A DNA stretch of 64,000 nucleotides, taken from an uncultured delta proteobacterium. GTDB lineage: Bacteria; Desulfobacterota; RBG-13-43-22. A model generated the notes under the pieces. The model made no database searches and had not been told where the DNA came from. It saw only the letters and a program-made list of their open reading frames with translations. Position numbers and translations under genes: made by a program. Where the stretch lies: the NCBI GenBank assembly GCA_963790475.1, contig CAWBOS010000006.1, forward strand, positions 352,001-416,000, written 5' to 3'. Positions 10,343-20,452 of this stretch are shown in pieces. Position 1 is the stretch's first letter. Each line of letters starts with the position of its first letter.

Positions 10343-11173
10343 AGATGGTTTCGTAAAAAGCAAGAAAACGAGTTAACATTTTGAAATAATGTAATAAAAT
10401 ATTATAATTTTCTTGACAACTCATGGTTCGATTGATTAGAATCAATTTAAAAAACAAACGGTTAAGGTACGAAACATGATTCGGATCAAGGACCACAAAA
10501 CGAGATACATTTTCGACCCCTGGGACTATTTATGCCCCAAAGGGCGGAAGCTCATGGAGGAATCCCGGGCCGGTGTGTTTCGGCAAGAGATCCTCAACGA
10601 ACTACCAGTCAACGAGATCGCCTCCACCTTTTCTGATATTGCTGGCCGTCCGACCAAGGAACTGTATAGGGCCTTGGGGTCCCTGGTGTTGCAACAGATG
10701 CAGGACCTGACCGACGAAGAGACTTCGAAGCAGGTAGCCTTCAATCTGCAATGGCATTATGCCCTGGATATCACCGATCCGGTCCAATATGCGGCATTTG
10801 GGCCGGCTCGGGATCGTGGTGCAAACCAGGCGCAGGCCAGGGGAGTCGAACTGATCGCCCCGGTCATGGGATCGCTGCCCGAAGGCCGTCTGCCCTTATT
10901 CGCCTTTACCTTTTCCGATCAGGGAGAGGTACTCAACTGCCCAGCCGGGCATCCGCCTTTTAAGACCCAGCTGAAGAAGGATCGGCCTCGGGCCTTTTTT
11001 CCCGCCGTGCTTTGTGAAGCGTGTCCTTTGAAAGACCCCTGTCCCACCCAGGCCGGGAAAGACCACCGCTATCTGGGAACATTTTGTTCTTCCCAAGAAC
11101 TCTTGTATCTCTTGGGGCTGATAATTACCCAAATTGCCTTAAGTTGGCCGCATGGCTTTTTGCGAGTCCATCT
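10343..11173 (+). mobile_element. Internally deleted insertion sequence with both terminal inverted repeats
   Basis: Left end AGATGGTTTCGTAAAAAG (10343-10360); right end CTTTTTGCGAGTCCATCT (11156-11173, revcomp AGATGGACTCGCAAAAAG, 15/18 match). Encloses a transposase remnant. Confidence 0.75.
10476..11173 (+). pseudogene. Transposase remnant (IS5/IS1182-like N-terminal domain fused to C-terminal Cys-rich region, DDE core missing)
   Basis: GRPTKELY...LQQMQDLTDEET...FNLQWHYALDI is joined directly to GVELIAPV...CPAGH...CEACPLKDPCP; too short for a full transposase. Confidence 0.75.
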
Positions 11174-11224
11174 TAGGAGACCTTTAATAAATTTAGTTTT
11201 TGTTCAGAGAGGAGAATTTTCCCC

Positions 11225-11566
11225 ATGGGCCGTATGACTTTCGGACCTAGCCGGCGATCCCGGCGGGAATCAAAACCCGGTCAACCCGGCAATAAGACGA
11301 TCAAGGAAATCGTTGAAGAAATCCGGGCCGGCCTGCCTTCCAAGGAGAATTACCGGGACCGATCCCTGGCCTTGCACGGGTTGATCTGTGCCCGATGCGG
11401 ACGGGAGTTTACCCCGGCCCAAAGGCAACTCCTGACGGTCCATCACAAGGATGGTAACCACCTGAATAATCCGGCCGACGGAAGCAATTGGGAAAATCTC
11501 TGTGCCTACTGTCATGAAGATATCCATTCCCGGGAACTGTTGGGAGACTATTTAAAAGGAAAGTAG
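11225..11566 (+). CDS. yajD: HNH nuclease, YajD family
   Basis: YRDRSL...CARCGREF...LTVHHKDGNHLNNPADGSNWENLCAYCHEDIHSR. Confidence 0.85.
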   Translation: MGRMTFGPSRRSRRESKPGQPGNKTIKEIVEEIRAGLPSKENYRDRSLALHGLICARCGREFTPAQRQLLTVHHKDGNHLNNPADGSNWENLCAYCHEDIHSRELLGDYLKGK

Positions 11567-11709
11567 AAGTCATTGAAGGAACGAAAAAAGTACAGTCCCA
11601 TTCTCTTATTGAGAAATGGATTCAATATACAGGTTTCGATCTCCTCAACAGCACATGGAAGCCTTCTCAGGCATCGTGCACCTTGTAGGACGTATCTTCA
11701 TTTTTGCCG

Positions 11710-13674
11710 ATGATATCTCTCAGCCACGTTGGTAAATTTTACGGAAAGCAGGATGTCCTGAAGGAGGTCTCCTTCTCCATCCATCCCGGAGAGCGAATCG
11801 CCCTGGTGGGGGTGAATGGGGCCGGCAAGACCACCCTTTTTAAGATCCTGCTGGGGACCATGGAACCGGACCAGGGCCTGGTTCACAGAAAGAAAGGGCT
11901 TCGTCTCGGATATCTCCCGCAGGATGTGATAGAGCTGACCGGGAAAACCGTCCTTCAGCAGGTGATGGAAGTCAATGCTGCGGTCCAACAGACCCAGGCC
12001 GAATTTAATAAAATCACCAAAAAGCTGGACCAGACCACTGACCGGACCCAATGCGAGATCCTGGCCGTAAAGCAAAGTCATCTCCTGTCGGAAATGGAAC
12101 GTCTCGGGGCCTTTGATCTGGAATATCAAGCTAAACAGGTCCTGGCCGGTTTGGGATTTAAAGAGGATTCCTTCCAGACCCCGGTGGAAAACTTAAGTGG
12201 GGGCTGGATCATGCGGGTGGCCCTGGCCCGGCTCCTTTTGAGCCAACCGGATCTCTTGCTCTTAGATGAGCCGACCAACCATCTGGATCTGGATTCCTTG
12301 CTCTGGCTGGAAACTTTTTTACAAAACACGCCCTCGGCCTTGCTTCTGATTTCCCACGACCGGGCCTTTTTAGATCGGGTCGTTCAAAAAACCTTTGAAT
12401 TGGAAAAGGGCGGTCTCACTTCTTTTCCCGGTAATTACAGCCGGTACCTTGTTGAAAAACAAAAGCGGCTTCAGCTTCAGGAAGCCGCCTATGCCAACCA
12501 GCAGGAAAAGATACGCCAGCTTGAAGACTTTATTGCCCGCAACCGTTCCCGGAAAGACCGGGCCAAACAGGTCCAATCCCGCATCAAGACCCTTGAACAA
12601 CTGGTACGAATCAAACCCCCTTCAGCCGAACAGAAGATTTCTTTCCGTTTTCCGGAACCCGAAAGATCGGGCAAGATCGTTATGGAGTTGGAGCATATTT
12701 CAAAGTCCTTTGGTCAAAACCATCTCTATCAGGGGTTGGATTTAATGATTACCCGGGAAGATCGGATTGCCGTCCTGGGACCGAACGGGGCCGGGAAAAG
12801 TACCCTTTTAAAAATGATGACCGGAGCTGTCAAACCCGATGCCGGTCGCCGCCAAGTCGGCCACAAGGTCCGGATGGGCTATTTTGCCCAACATCAATTG
12901 GAACAACTGGAGGGGGCCCATACGGTCTGGCAGGAGGCGTCTTCGGTAGCCGGTGACCGGACCTACGGGACCTTGCGAAGTTTGCTGGCGGCGTTTCTTT
13001 TTCGAGAAGAAGATATTGAAAAAAAGGTTTCCGTCCTCTCCGGTGGGGAAAAGAGTCGTCTGGTCATACTCAAGATCCTTTTATCGGGGGCCAATTTTCT
13101 GCTCTTCGATGAACCGACCAATCATTTGGATATTCCTTCCCGGGAGGTGTTAGAGGAAGCCCTGAGAAACTTTAGCGGCACCTTGTGCATCATCACCCAC
13201 GATCGTCACCTGATCAATGCCCTGGCCAATAAGGTGCTCTATATCCGGGAAGGAAAAGCGGAACTTTTTCCAGGCAATTATCAGGATTTTGAAGAAATCT
13301 GGAAGGCCCGTCTTTCGAATATCGAACCCGCGCCAGGAAAACGACCGGAAAAAACAGAGACCCAAGCCAATAAATCCATTACCCGGAAATCACAGGAAGA
13401 AAGGCGTCAGGAAGCCGAACAGAGAAATGCCCTTTTCCGCCTCCAGGCGCCCTTAAAAAAAGAAATCGAGAATTTGGAACAGCGACTGGCAAAGGCTTTT
13501 GAGGAAAAGAAAAGAATGGAAACGCTTTTGGCCGATCCCGAAACCTATAAGGATAGTTCTCAGTTCGAGAGTTTGATGCAGGACTATGCTAGCATTGAAA
13601 AAGAAGTCAATCGGCTTACGGTTGACTGGGAAGGTGCGTTATTAAAAATGGAAATGACGGAATTGCAGGAATGA
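11710..13674 (+). CDS. ABC-F family ATPase (YheS/Uup-like)
   Basis: Two ABC domains (GVNGAGKTT/LSGGW, GPNGAGKST/LSGGE), DEPTNHLD twice, no TM segments, C-terminal coiled coil. Confidence 0.93.
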   Translation: MISLSHVGKFYGKQDVLKEVSFSIHPGERIALVGVNGAGKTTLFKILLGTMEPDQGLVHRKKGLRLGYLPQDVIELTGKTVLQQVMEVNAAVQQTQAEFNKITKKLDQTTDRTQCEILAVKQSHLLSEMERLGAFDLEYQAKQVLAGLGFKEDSFQTPVENLSGGWIMRVALARLLLSQPDLLLLDEPTNHLDLDSLLWLETFLQNTPSALLLISHDRAFLDRVVQKTFELEKGGLTSFPGNYSRYLVEKQKRLQLQEAAYANQQEKIRQLEDFIARNRSRKDRAKQVQSRIKTLEQLVRIKPPSAEQKISFRFPEPERSGKIVMELEHISKSFGQNHLYQGLDLMITREDRIAVLGPNGAGKSTLLKMMTGAVKPDAGRRQVGHKVRMGYFAQHQLEQLEGAHTVWQEASSVAGDRTYGTLRSLLAAFLFREEDIEKKVSVLSGGEKSRLVILKILLSGANFLLFDEPTNHLDIPSREVLEEALRNFSGTLCIITHDRHLINALANKVLYIREGKAELFPGNYQDFEEIWKARLSNIEPAPGKRPEKTETQANKSITRKSQEERRQEAEQRNALFRLQAPLKKEIENLEQRLAKAFEEKKRMETLLADPETYKDSSQFESLMQDYASIEKEVNRLTVDWEGALLKMEMTELQE

Positions 13675-13814
13675 TCCTGGGTAAGCCATTGGTTTTCTCT
13701 TGACAAAACCCGGAGCTAATCGGTAAATACGCTCTCTGCAAAATTCCGACCCCCTCCTGCCCCTGCGGGCCTGCAGGCGCAGGCCTTGGACCTTGAACCT
13801 TGAATTAATTGAAT

Positions 13815-14267
13815 CTATCCCCGCCCCTTTGCTGTTCGGTTTAACAAACCTGTCGTGTCTTCCCAAATGATACAACCGGTGGGGCAAATCAGGCTGCAGG
13901 CCGGGGCTTGGCCCTCTTGAATTCTCTCCAGGCAAAGGTCGCATTTGGCCGCCGTATTCTTGCTATCGTCAAACTGCATGGCCCCGAAAGGACAGGCGGT
14001 CACACATTCCCGGCACCCGATACAGGCCTCACCATTGATAAGTACCACCCCTTGCTCATTTTGATAAATGGCCTCGGCCGGGCAGGACTCTTGGCAAGGA
14101 GGCTTGGCGCAATGATGACAATAGACAGGAATAAATAAGGGGCTTTTTTCGTTCACCCGGATTAACCTTGGGCCGATCCCGAGATGATGTTCCTGTTTAC
14201 AGGCGACTTCGCACGAATGACAGCCGCAACAATCCTCTTTGAAAATGGTCAACGATATTTTCCCCAT
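13815..14267 (-). CDS. 4Fe-4S electron-transfer subunit (DmsB/NrfC-like)
   Basis: Four Cys clusters: CCGCHSCEVAC, CHHCAKPPC...CP, CIGCRECVTACP, CDLC...ACSLICP. Confidence 0.92.
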   Translation of the reverse strand: MGKISLTIFKEDCCGCHSCEVACKQEHHLGIGPRLIRVNEKSPLFIPVYCHHCAKPPCQESCPAEAIYQNEQGVVLINGEACIGCRECVTACPFGAMQFDDSKNTAAKCDLCLERIQEGQAPACSLICPTGCIIWEDTTGLLNRTAKGRG

Positions 14268-14278
14268 GGTCTTGCCTC

Positions 14279-16372
14279 CTAACCCTGGTCACACCGGGAT
14301 ATGTTGCACAACAAGACCCTCAGATTGGTGGCCCCCATCACCGGGTCCATGGACTCATGCGAGTCGTCGGTCAATAAATTAATATTGGAAATATCCCAGC
14401 CATGACCGTTATCCCTGATCTCCGGGAACCACCAGCCGTGTTCAGCCACGATCACGCCCGGGTCGATCCCGTCATTCAGCTTGGCCTTTTCCTTGATCCG
14501 GCCTCGGGGAGATTCAATCCAAACCCAGTCCATCTCCTTGATCCCGTGTTTTTTGGCCGTATCCGGATGAATCTCCACAATGGGATCGGGCCTGATCTCC
14601 CGAAGCCAGGGGACCTGGCGATTGGCCGAATGAAAAAAGGTCGGGGTTCTTAACCCCGCATTGAGAATATAAGGATATTCTTTGGCCAGATCAGGCCTGG
14701 AAAGAGGGCTTTCCGGGATCTCCGTGTATTTGGGGAGAGGGTCCCTTCCCCAGTCCTCCAAAAAAGTAGAGTAAAGCTCCACCTTCCGGGTTGGAGTGGA
14801 AAACCCTCCCTTCCGGTATTTGTAATAAACCATATCTCCTTTAAGATAGCCTTTCTCCTTGAACTGTTCCCAGGTCAATCCGGTAGGTTCAAGGAGATAA
14901 TCCAGGGCATCTTCCACGGTCTCCCACCACTCCTGCCCCATCCTTTTACCCAGCTCTTGAAAAATCTTATGGTCCTGCCAACATTCTCCGATCTCCACCA
15001 CCTTTTGACGGGCCAGGACATAGCCATGAAATTTCCAGTTCTCGGCCATATGGTTCTGTTCCAGCCAGGTCCCGGCCGGCAGGAAGATGTCGGCCAGTTC
15101 GGCAGTGGGGGTAAGAAAGAAATCGGCCACGGCCAGAAAGTCCAGTTTCTTAAGGGCGGTGTAAATATCCTTGGCGTTGGCTTCGGTAATGACCGGATTG
15201 GTGCCGACCAGGATGCCGGCTTTAAGAGGATAAGGTTTTCCGGTCAATATGGCATCCCAGGCCGCTCTGGGCGTGATGAGCGCCATCCTGGCCGCCAGCT
15301 TGTATTGTTCCCCGCCTAGTCTTTTTTCCCGCTGGGTCGGCGTCAGGGCGTCATGGCGTGAAAATTCAGAAACCTTTCGTACTTTCGGCGGGACATGGAA
15401 GACGTTTCCCCCGGGGGCGTCGAGATTGCCGGTGGCGGCCATAAGACCGATGGCGGTCCGCGTAAAATCAGTACAATTAATGGTCTGCTCGGTAGGGACA
15501 CCCCAATGGATACCGGCCGGCTTGATTGTCGCATACATCCGGGCCGCTTCCCGGATGAGGTCTTCATCTACCCAAGTGATCTTCTCCACCTTATAAAGAG
15601 GATACTCCTTGATCCTGGCCCTAAAGGCGTCCCAGCCGTGGATGTAATCGGCTACAAAGGCTTTGTCGTACAGTTCCTCTTCGATGATTACCCGGAAAAA
15701 ACCCATAGCCAGGGCGGCATCGGTTCCCGGCCTGAGCTGGAGCCAGAGATCAGCCTTTTGGGTATAGAAATTTTTTCGGGGATCGATGACGATCAGTTTG
15801 GCTCCCTTCTTATAGGCCCTCCAGAAACTGGCCCCCTTGTATTCATCAGGATTGGTCCACAGGGGATTGACAGCCCAGAGGACAATGCATTTCGGCTCTC
15901 CCTCATAATCACAAACCGGAAAACGACCGCAGGTGATTAAAGAGGCGCCTATCCGGGAGAGATAGCACATATGCCCGGCGGTCAGCACATTGGGCGTTCC
16001 CAGGAGGTTTCCGAAGCGGGAAAAGTGGCTTTCATAATCCCGTCCGGTCCCTTGCCCGATAAACAGCGATTCCGGTCCACATTCCTTGATGACCTTATTG
16101 AATTTTTCGGTTATCGTATCCAGGGCCACATCCCAGGAGATGCGTTCCCAGCCTTGTCGGGTCTTTTTCAGGGGATGAAGGATACGGTCCGGATGATAGG
16201 CGATCTGGGTGATGGCCATCCCTTTGCTGCACAAGGTTCCAAAGCTGATGGGGGACTCCGGATCGCCTTCGATTTTGACGACCTTGCCGTTAATGACCTG
16301 AGCAATCACCCCGCAGCCACCGTGGCAGCTTCGACATACGGTTCTGATTTTCTTTATTTCCTCCATATCCAT
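14279..16372 (-). CDS. Mo/W-bisPGD oxidoreductase catalytic subunit (DMSO reductase superfamily, cytoplasmic)
   Basis: N-terminal CRSCHGGC...C FeS motif, TAELADIFLPA, C-terminal VEIHPDTA dinucleotide-binding domain; no Tat signal. Confidence 0.9.
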   Translation of the reverse strand: MDMEEIKKIRTVCRSCHGGCGVIAQVINGKVVKIEGDPESPISFGTLCSKGMAITQIAYHPDRILHPLKKTRQGWERISWDVALDTITEKFNKVIKECGPESLFIGQGTGRDYESHFSRFGNLLGTPNVLTAGHMCYLSRIGASLITCGRFPVCDYEGEPKCIVLWAVNPLWTNPDEYKGASFWRAYKKGAKLIVIDPRKNFYTQKADLWLQLRPGTDAALAMGFFRVIIEEELYDKAFVADYIHGWDAFRARIKEYPLYKVEKITWVDEDLIREAARMYATIKPAGIHWGVPTEQTINCTDFTRTAIGLMAATGNLDAPGGNVFHVPPKVRKVSEFSRHDALTPTQREKRLGGEQYKLAARMALITPRAAWDAILTGKPYPLKAGILVGTNPVITEANAKDIYTALKKLDFLAVADFFLTPTAELADIFLPAGTWLEQNHMAENWKFHGYVLARQKVVEIGECWQDHKIFQELGKRMGQEWWETVEDALDYLLEPTGLTWEQFKEKGYLKGDMVYYKYRKGGFSTPTRKVELYSTFLEDWGRDPLPKYTEIPESPLSRPDLAKEYPYILNAGLRTPTFFHSANRQVPWLREIRPDPIVEIHPDTAKKHGIKEMDWVWIESPRGRIKEKAKLNDGIDPGVIVAEHGWWFPEIRDNGHGWDISNINLLTDDSHESMDPVMGATNLRVLLCNISRCDQG

Positions 16373-16631
16373 CCCCTTTTCTATTCAAGACGCAGTTCCT
16401 ATCCGAAGGGAACCGAGTAAGTCCCATATTTTTTTGTTATCTTATCAAAAAAAAATAAAAAATCAAATCATAAAATATCAACTTATTTAATATCAATATC
16501 TTTAATTCTTGTCATTCGGGTCCTTTTTTAGTATATAAGTTAAATCTTATTCCTGAATTAGCATTAAGGGGCTGGAATCAAAGTTTAACCCTATGACTAT
16601 CAACCATCCTTGACCCCCCTAAGGAGTCACC

Positions 16632-17093
16632 ATGAGGTCAACCAACTATCGAAGCGATTTGAGTACTGACGAGAAAGTCCTGATGGGTGTTATCCGGGCG
16701 GCGGAATCCTTTAAAAGGGTCTTTTCGACTATTTTCAAAAATTACGATCTCTCTTTCCCTCAATATAATATACTGAGGGTCCTGGATGCCTCAATCAAAG
16801 GTCAAAGCCGGATCACCGAGGTAAGCCGGATTATGCTGGTCCCTGGAGCTAATATGACCGGGTTGGCGAAAAGATTGGAAAAAGGCGGCTTTATTCTTAG
16901 AAAGTCCGATGCCAAAGATGAAAGGGCTACCTTGCTTGAAATCACTTCAAAGGGTAAAAAAACCCTGAAAGAAATAGAAAAGGAAAGGGACCAGGGCCTA
17001 AAAGAAATGTTTAACGGTTTTTCTAAAGAGGAAAAGCATGTTCTTGTTGATCAGGTTAAACGGCTGATCAGCAACAGCAGACAACCTGTTTAA
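16632..17093 (+). CDS. MarR-family transcriptional regulator
   Basis: LSFPQYNILRVL...NMTGLAKRLEKGGFILRK...DER...ITSKGK; divergent from the oxidoreductase. Confidence 0.92.
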   Translation: MRSTNYRSDLSTDEKVLMGVIRAAESFKRVFSTIFKNYDLSFPQYNILRVLDASIKGQSRITEVSRIMLVPGANMTGLAKRLEKGGFILRKSDAKDERATLLEITSKGKKTLKEIEKERDQGLKEMFNGFSKEEKHVLVDQVKRLISNSRQPV

Positions 17094-17285
17094 AGCAAAA
17101 TCATAGGATAGGGGGTCCAGCAACTTTTTAGGAGTCCCTCAAATCTAATTCCTGATCTTTTCTCGATTATCTGCGCGGCATCCAAGATCATCAAAGGACT
17201 TGCTCTCAGATGAGCCGTCAAGGAGTGACCATTAGAAATCGTGATTCGCCGAAGTTGGTTTGAAGTCACCGGGGAAGGCGGACTG

Positions 17286-17720
17286 ATGGAAATGTTTGAT
17301 CTGGCCAACCTCGGTCCCGGGGAATATTAAGATGGGGGAGGTCAGTGCCCGCGTTGGAAAAGCCTGCCTGGAGTATCTGGATTTCACCATCTGCCAGGCC
17401 CTGGATGGTCGGGCCGAGGCCATTGTTTTTGCCCCATTGAACAAACTGGCCATGAGTCTGGGCAATCCCGGCTTCAAAGGGGAACAGGGTTATCTTGCCA
17501 AGCATACCAAATCCGAACTCTATGGAGAGATCAATGTCATGGAACCCCTCTTTACCTCCCGGGTATCATGATCAGGGACAGATCGCCCTCAAGCTTCTGG
17601 GCTTCGATCGGGGGGTAACTGTTGCCGAAGGTCGCCCCTTCGTTCTTACTACCCCGGCCCACGGCACTGCCTTTGATATCGCCGGCCAAGGCGTGGCCGA
17701 CATCGGGCCTTACGGGCCGC
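17286..17720 (+). pseudogene. pdxA: PdxA-family dehydrogenase remnant
   Basis: Fragments in different frames: MGEVSARVGKA...FAPLNKLAM and [20 protein letters not shown]...[15 protein letters not shown]; the middle part is missing. Confidence 0.8.
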
Positions 17721-17917
17721 TTTCGGTTAGTACAAGTTGCCCAGCAAGAAGCCTTCATTGAGTTCTACCCGGCCGATAAGTCTTAAAATCCCCGGCCCCT
17801 ATAAAAAATACAGTCTGTTAAAGGCAAAAATAGTGTCTTTCAAGCATTTATTTTTTCCTTATTATGCCTCCATAATAAAAATATATTTTTCTGAAATAAA
17901 TCCAAACGAGGATTGAA

Positions 17918-17959
17918 TTAACGGGCCTTGGTTGAGGGATAAAAACCAAGGCCCGTTAA
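17918..17959. promoter_or_regulatory. Perfect 16-bp inverted repeat (terminator/attenuator-like hairpin)
   Basis: TTAACGGGCCTTGGTT-10 nt-AACCAAGGCCCGTTAA, 40 nt upstream of the next ATG. Confidence 0.6.
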
Positions 17960-17999
17960 CGATTTCATTTAACTATTAGGTGAGGAGGAAAAAAATCAA

Positions 18000-18680
18000 A
18001 TGAGGAGTTGGAAAAAATTGTGCTGTTTCTTTATAGGTTTGTTGCTGTTTATCCCCTTTCCCTTATATGCCGTAGAAACCACGCTTTTTTCAGATGCCCG
18101 CCCTGCAGATAGACTGGAAGATGGGGCATTTTCAAAGAAGCCGGGGATCTTTCTTTCCGGAATCGGGGAGGGATTTCGCACCGGAACAAAAGTTGTGGAC
18201 TTATCCTTCGGGGTAACTCAAGGATTAGAGATATTTGGCAGCGAGGTACGACATGATCTGGGATTGATCTCGGTCTCGTATGGTCAGATGATCGGGAAGG
18301 TTAAGGGGGTTGGCCAATGGTATCAAGGCAACTGGGAACTCCGTGCGGAATTATTCGGCGGCGCTCAGTTTAATCCGGATACCCGCTCAGTCTTTGGATT
18401 GACACCGCACCTGCGATACAATTTTGCTACGGGCACCCGCCTTATCCCTTATCTCGATGTGGGCGCGGGCGTGTCTCTCACGGAAATTCGAGAGCCGGAC
18501 CTCGGCGGCGCTTTCCAGTTTAATCTGCAGGCCGTCACCGGAGCTAATTATTTTGTGCGAGACGATCTGAGCGTCAATATCGGCATACAATATCTTCACC
18601 TCTCGTCACTTAATATTAACCAACCTAATAATGGCCTGAATACACTGGGTTTCTATCTGGGTGTTCAATGGTATTTCTAA
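18000..18680 (+). CDS. Outer-membrane acyloxyacyl hydrolase / PagL-like lipid A deacylase
   Basis: Signal peptide, alternating beta strands, FQFNLQ, YLHLSS...PNNGLN, C-terminal aromatic WYF. Confidence 0.8.
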   Translation: MRSWKKLCCFFIGLLLFIPFPLYAVETTLFSDARPADRLEDGAFSKKPGIFLSGIGEGFRTGTKVVDLSFGVTQGLEIFGSEVRHDLGLISVSYGQMIGKVKGVGQWYQGNWELRAELFGGAQFNPDTRSVFGLTPHLRYNFATGTRLIPYLDVGAGVSLTEIREPDLGGAFQFNLQAVTGANYFVRDDLSVNIGIQYLHLSSLNINQPNNGLNTLGFYLGVQWYF

Positions 18681-18856
18681 ATTAAGATTCCTTTCATCCG
18701 GAACATCCGAAGGCCTGATTCACAGAAACGGCTAATCACCTGGACACTAACGAAAGTCCAACAGTATAGACCCGTCCTGGTCCAGAAGCTCATAGCTGAC
18801 GACTCATAGGGAAAGCAAGAGAAAAGAGGAGCAGAAGAGTCGGGTCCTTTATAAAA

Positions 18857-20248
18857 TTAAGCCAGGCGGGCTTGGAGTTTCAGGAAAGGGCCGCCGTCGG
18901 TCACCTTGACCCATTCCTTGTGCCCTTTGCCGCACATCCCCAGGCCGCTGATTTCCACGGCATTACCGACCATGGTGATGGATTGGAGCAGGTCCGGGAC
19001 ATAGCCGGTGATGATCACCGGGGTAAAGACCCTGCCGGTCAGCCTGCCATTTCTGATTTCCTCGGCATAATAACCCTCCAACTGAATCCCCCATCCTTTG
19101 GGGTCTTCCATGCCATTGGAAGGGTGCTCCAGAAAAAATCCATTTTCTACGGAATTCACCATAGCTTCAAAGGTATCTTCTCCCGGGCCGAAGTAAGTAT
19201 TGGTCATCCGGGCATAGACCTTTCTCTCAAAAGATTCCCGGCGGCCATTGGCTGATCGGACCAGGCCCAGGCGCATGGCTGAATTCAGATCGGTCAGCCC
19301 CCTTTTTAAAATACCCTTTTCAATTATCCGGGTTTCTGTGGCCGGTTCTCCTTCATGATCGAAGAAAAAAGAGGCGGCCTGGCCGGGCAGGGCCGGCGAA
19401 TCGAACATATTCACCAACGGCGAAGCCACCGGCAGATCCAGATAATCTTCACCCCGGGCCCTCTTTTTTAAAAACATATCGGTTTCCATGCCGTGGCCGA
19501 AGGCCTCATGGGCAAAGATGCCGGCAAATTCCGGGGAGAAGATACAATCATAGGTCCCTGGTTTCAGGCGCGGGGCGGTCAAAAGTTTCCCGCAGTCCTC
19601 CACCATTCTTTCCAGTTTATCTTCCGGAATAAAAGCCTTTTCATATCCCCCCTGGAAGGCTTGGCCGGTATGCAGATTAACCGAACGGTCCTCCGCCCGC
19701 ATTACTATCATCGCCGCCATCTGGGTCCGGCGGAGGTCCTGGAAGAGGACCTTGTGACGGTTTACAAACAATTCGCGGGAGCGCACATAGGCATATTGGC
19801 AAGTGGCTTGAACGATCCGGTTATCCTTTTGATGAAGCCGGTCTTTTACATTTCTGCAAGACTCTATCTTTTCCTGCAGGGGTATGGATTCGGGATCGGT
19901 TTCAACGGGAACGAAAAAATCTTTTCCCATCTTCGGCCCGGGGTCGATGGGGAGACCATCATAGAAAACTCCCTGGTTTTTCCCCAAATCCGTGAGTTGC
20001 CCGGAAATTTCTTTAAGCCCTTCTTCGGACAAATTTGAAGTGGCGGCTTCCAGAAAATAGCGGCCGTTAAATACTGTCATCACCACCCCTTTAACCGGGT
20101 CAATTTGTTCGGCCTGCTGCTGCCGTGTTTGTACAGCCAGGCGTTCACCGAGGGTTTCCGTAGCCAGCAGAGAGGCATAAGGGAAAAGGTGTTCCAGGTC
20201 ATAAACCACATCCTTGGCCAATGATTTAAAAAGAGAGGTATTCAACAT
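18857..20248 (-). CDS. tldD: TldD-family metalloprotease
   Basis: HEAFGHG Zn motif, ANGRRES...ARMTNTY and GMCGK. Confidence 0.88.
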   Translation of the reverse strand: MLNTSLFKSLAKDVVYDLEHLFPYASLLATETLGERLAVQTRQQQAEQIDPVKGVVMTVFNGRYFLEAATSNLSEEGLKEISGQLTDLGKNQGVFYDGLPIDPGPKMGKDFFVPVETDPESIPLQEKIESCRNVKDRLHQKDNRIVQATCQYAYVRSRELFVNRHKVLFQDLRRTQMAAMIVMRAEDRSVNLHTGQAFQGGYEKAFIPEDKLERMVEDCGKLLTAPRLKPGTYDCIFSPEFAGIFAHEAFGHGMETDMFLKKRARGEDYLDLPVASPLVNMFDSPALPGQAASFFFDHEGEPATETRIIEKGILKRGLTDLNSAMRLGLVRSANGRRESFERKVYARMTNTYFGPGEDTFEAMVNSVENGFFLEHPSNGMEDPKGWGIQLEGYYAEEIRNGRLTGRVFTPVIITGYVPDLLQSITMVGNAVEISGLGMCGKGHKEWVKVTDGGPFLKLQARLA

Positions 20249-20363
20249 CGGTAGTCCGATCCTTGATTGATTTTAAGGATGATTTTTCCATCCTTTATTG
20301 ATTGTTGAATTCTATCACAAAATCCGGCCTTCCACCAGCCTTTGTTGGCCAGAGGATAAAAAC

Positions 20364-20392
20364 TTGCCCCGGTTTTGGAGATATGCTACTAT
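20364..20392 (+). promoter_or_regulatory. Putative sigma70 promoter of ssb
   Basis: TTGCCC-17 nt-TACTAT with extended -10 TG. Confidence 0.45.
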
Positions 20393-20452
20393 CCCCGTGA
20401 GTTAATTTTCAAGAAAGACAGGAGAGATTGCTCTCAAACAAAGGGGGAGACC

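Noticed and set aside
10476-11566. Transposase + HNH as an IscB/TnpB-like RNA-guided element
   Set aside because: The HNH gene lies outside the IS right end, is a 113-aa YajD-type protein, and has no RuvC motifs.
14279-16372. Acetylene hydratase call
   Set aside because: The catalytic Asp13 position is His, and an electron-transfer subunit is attached.
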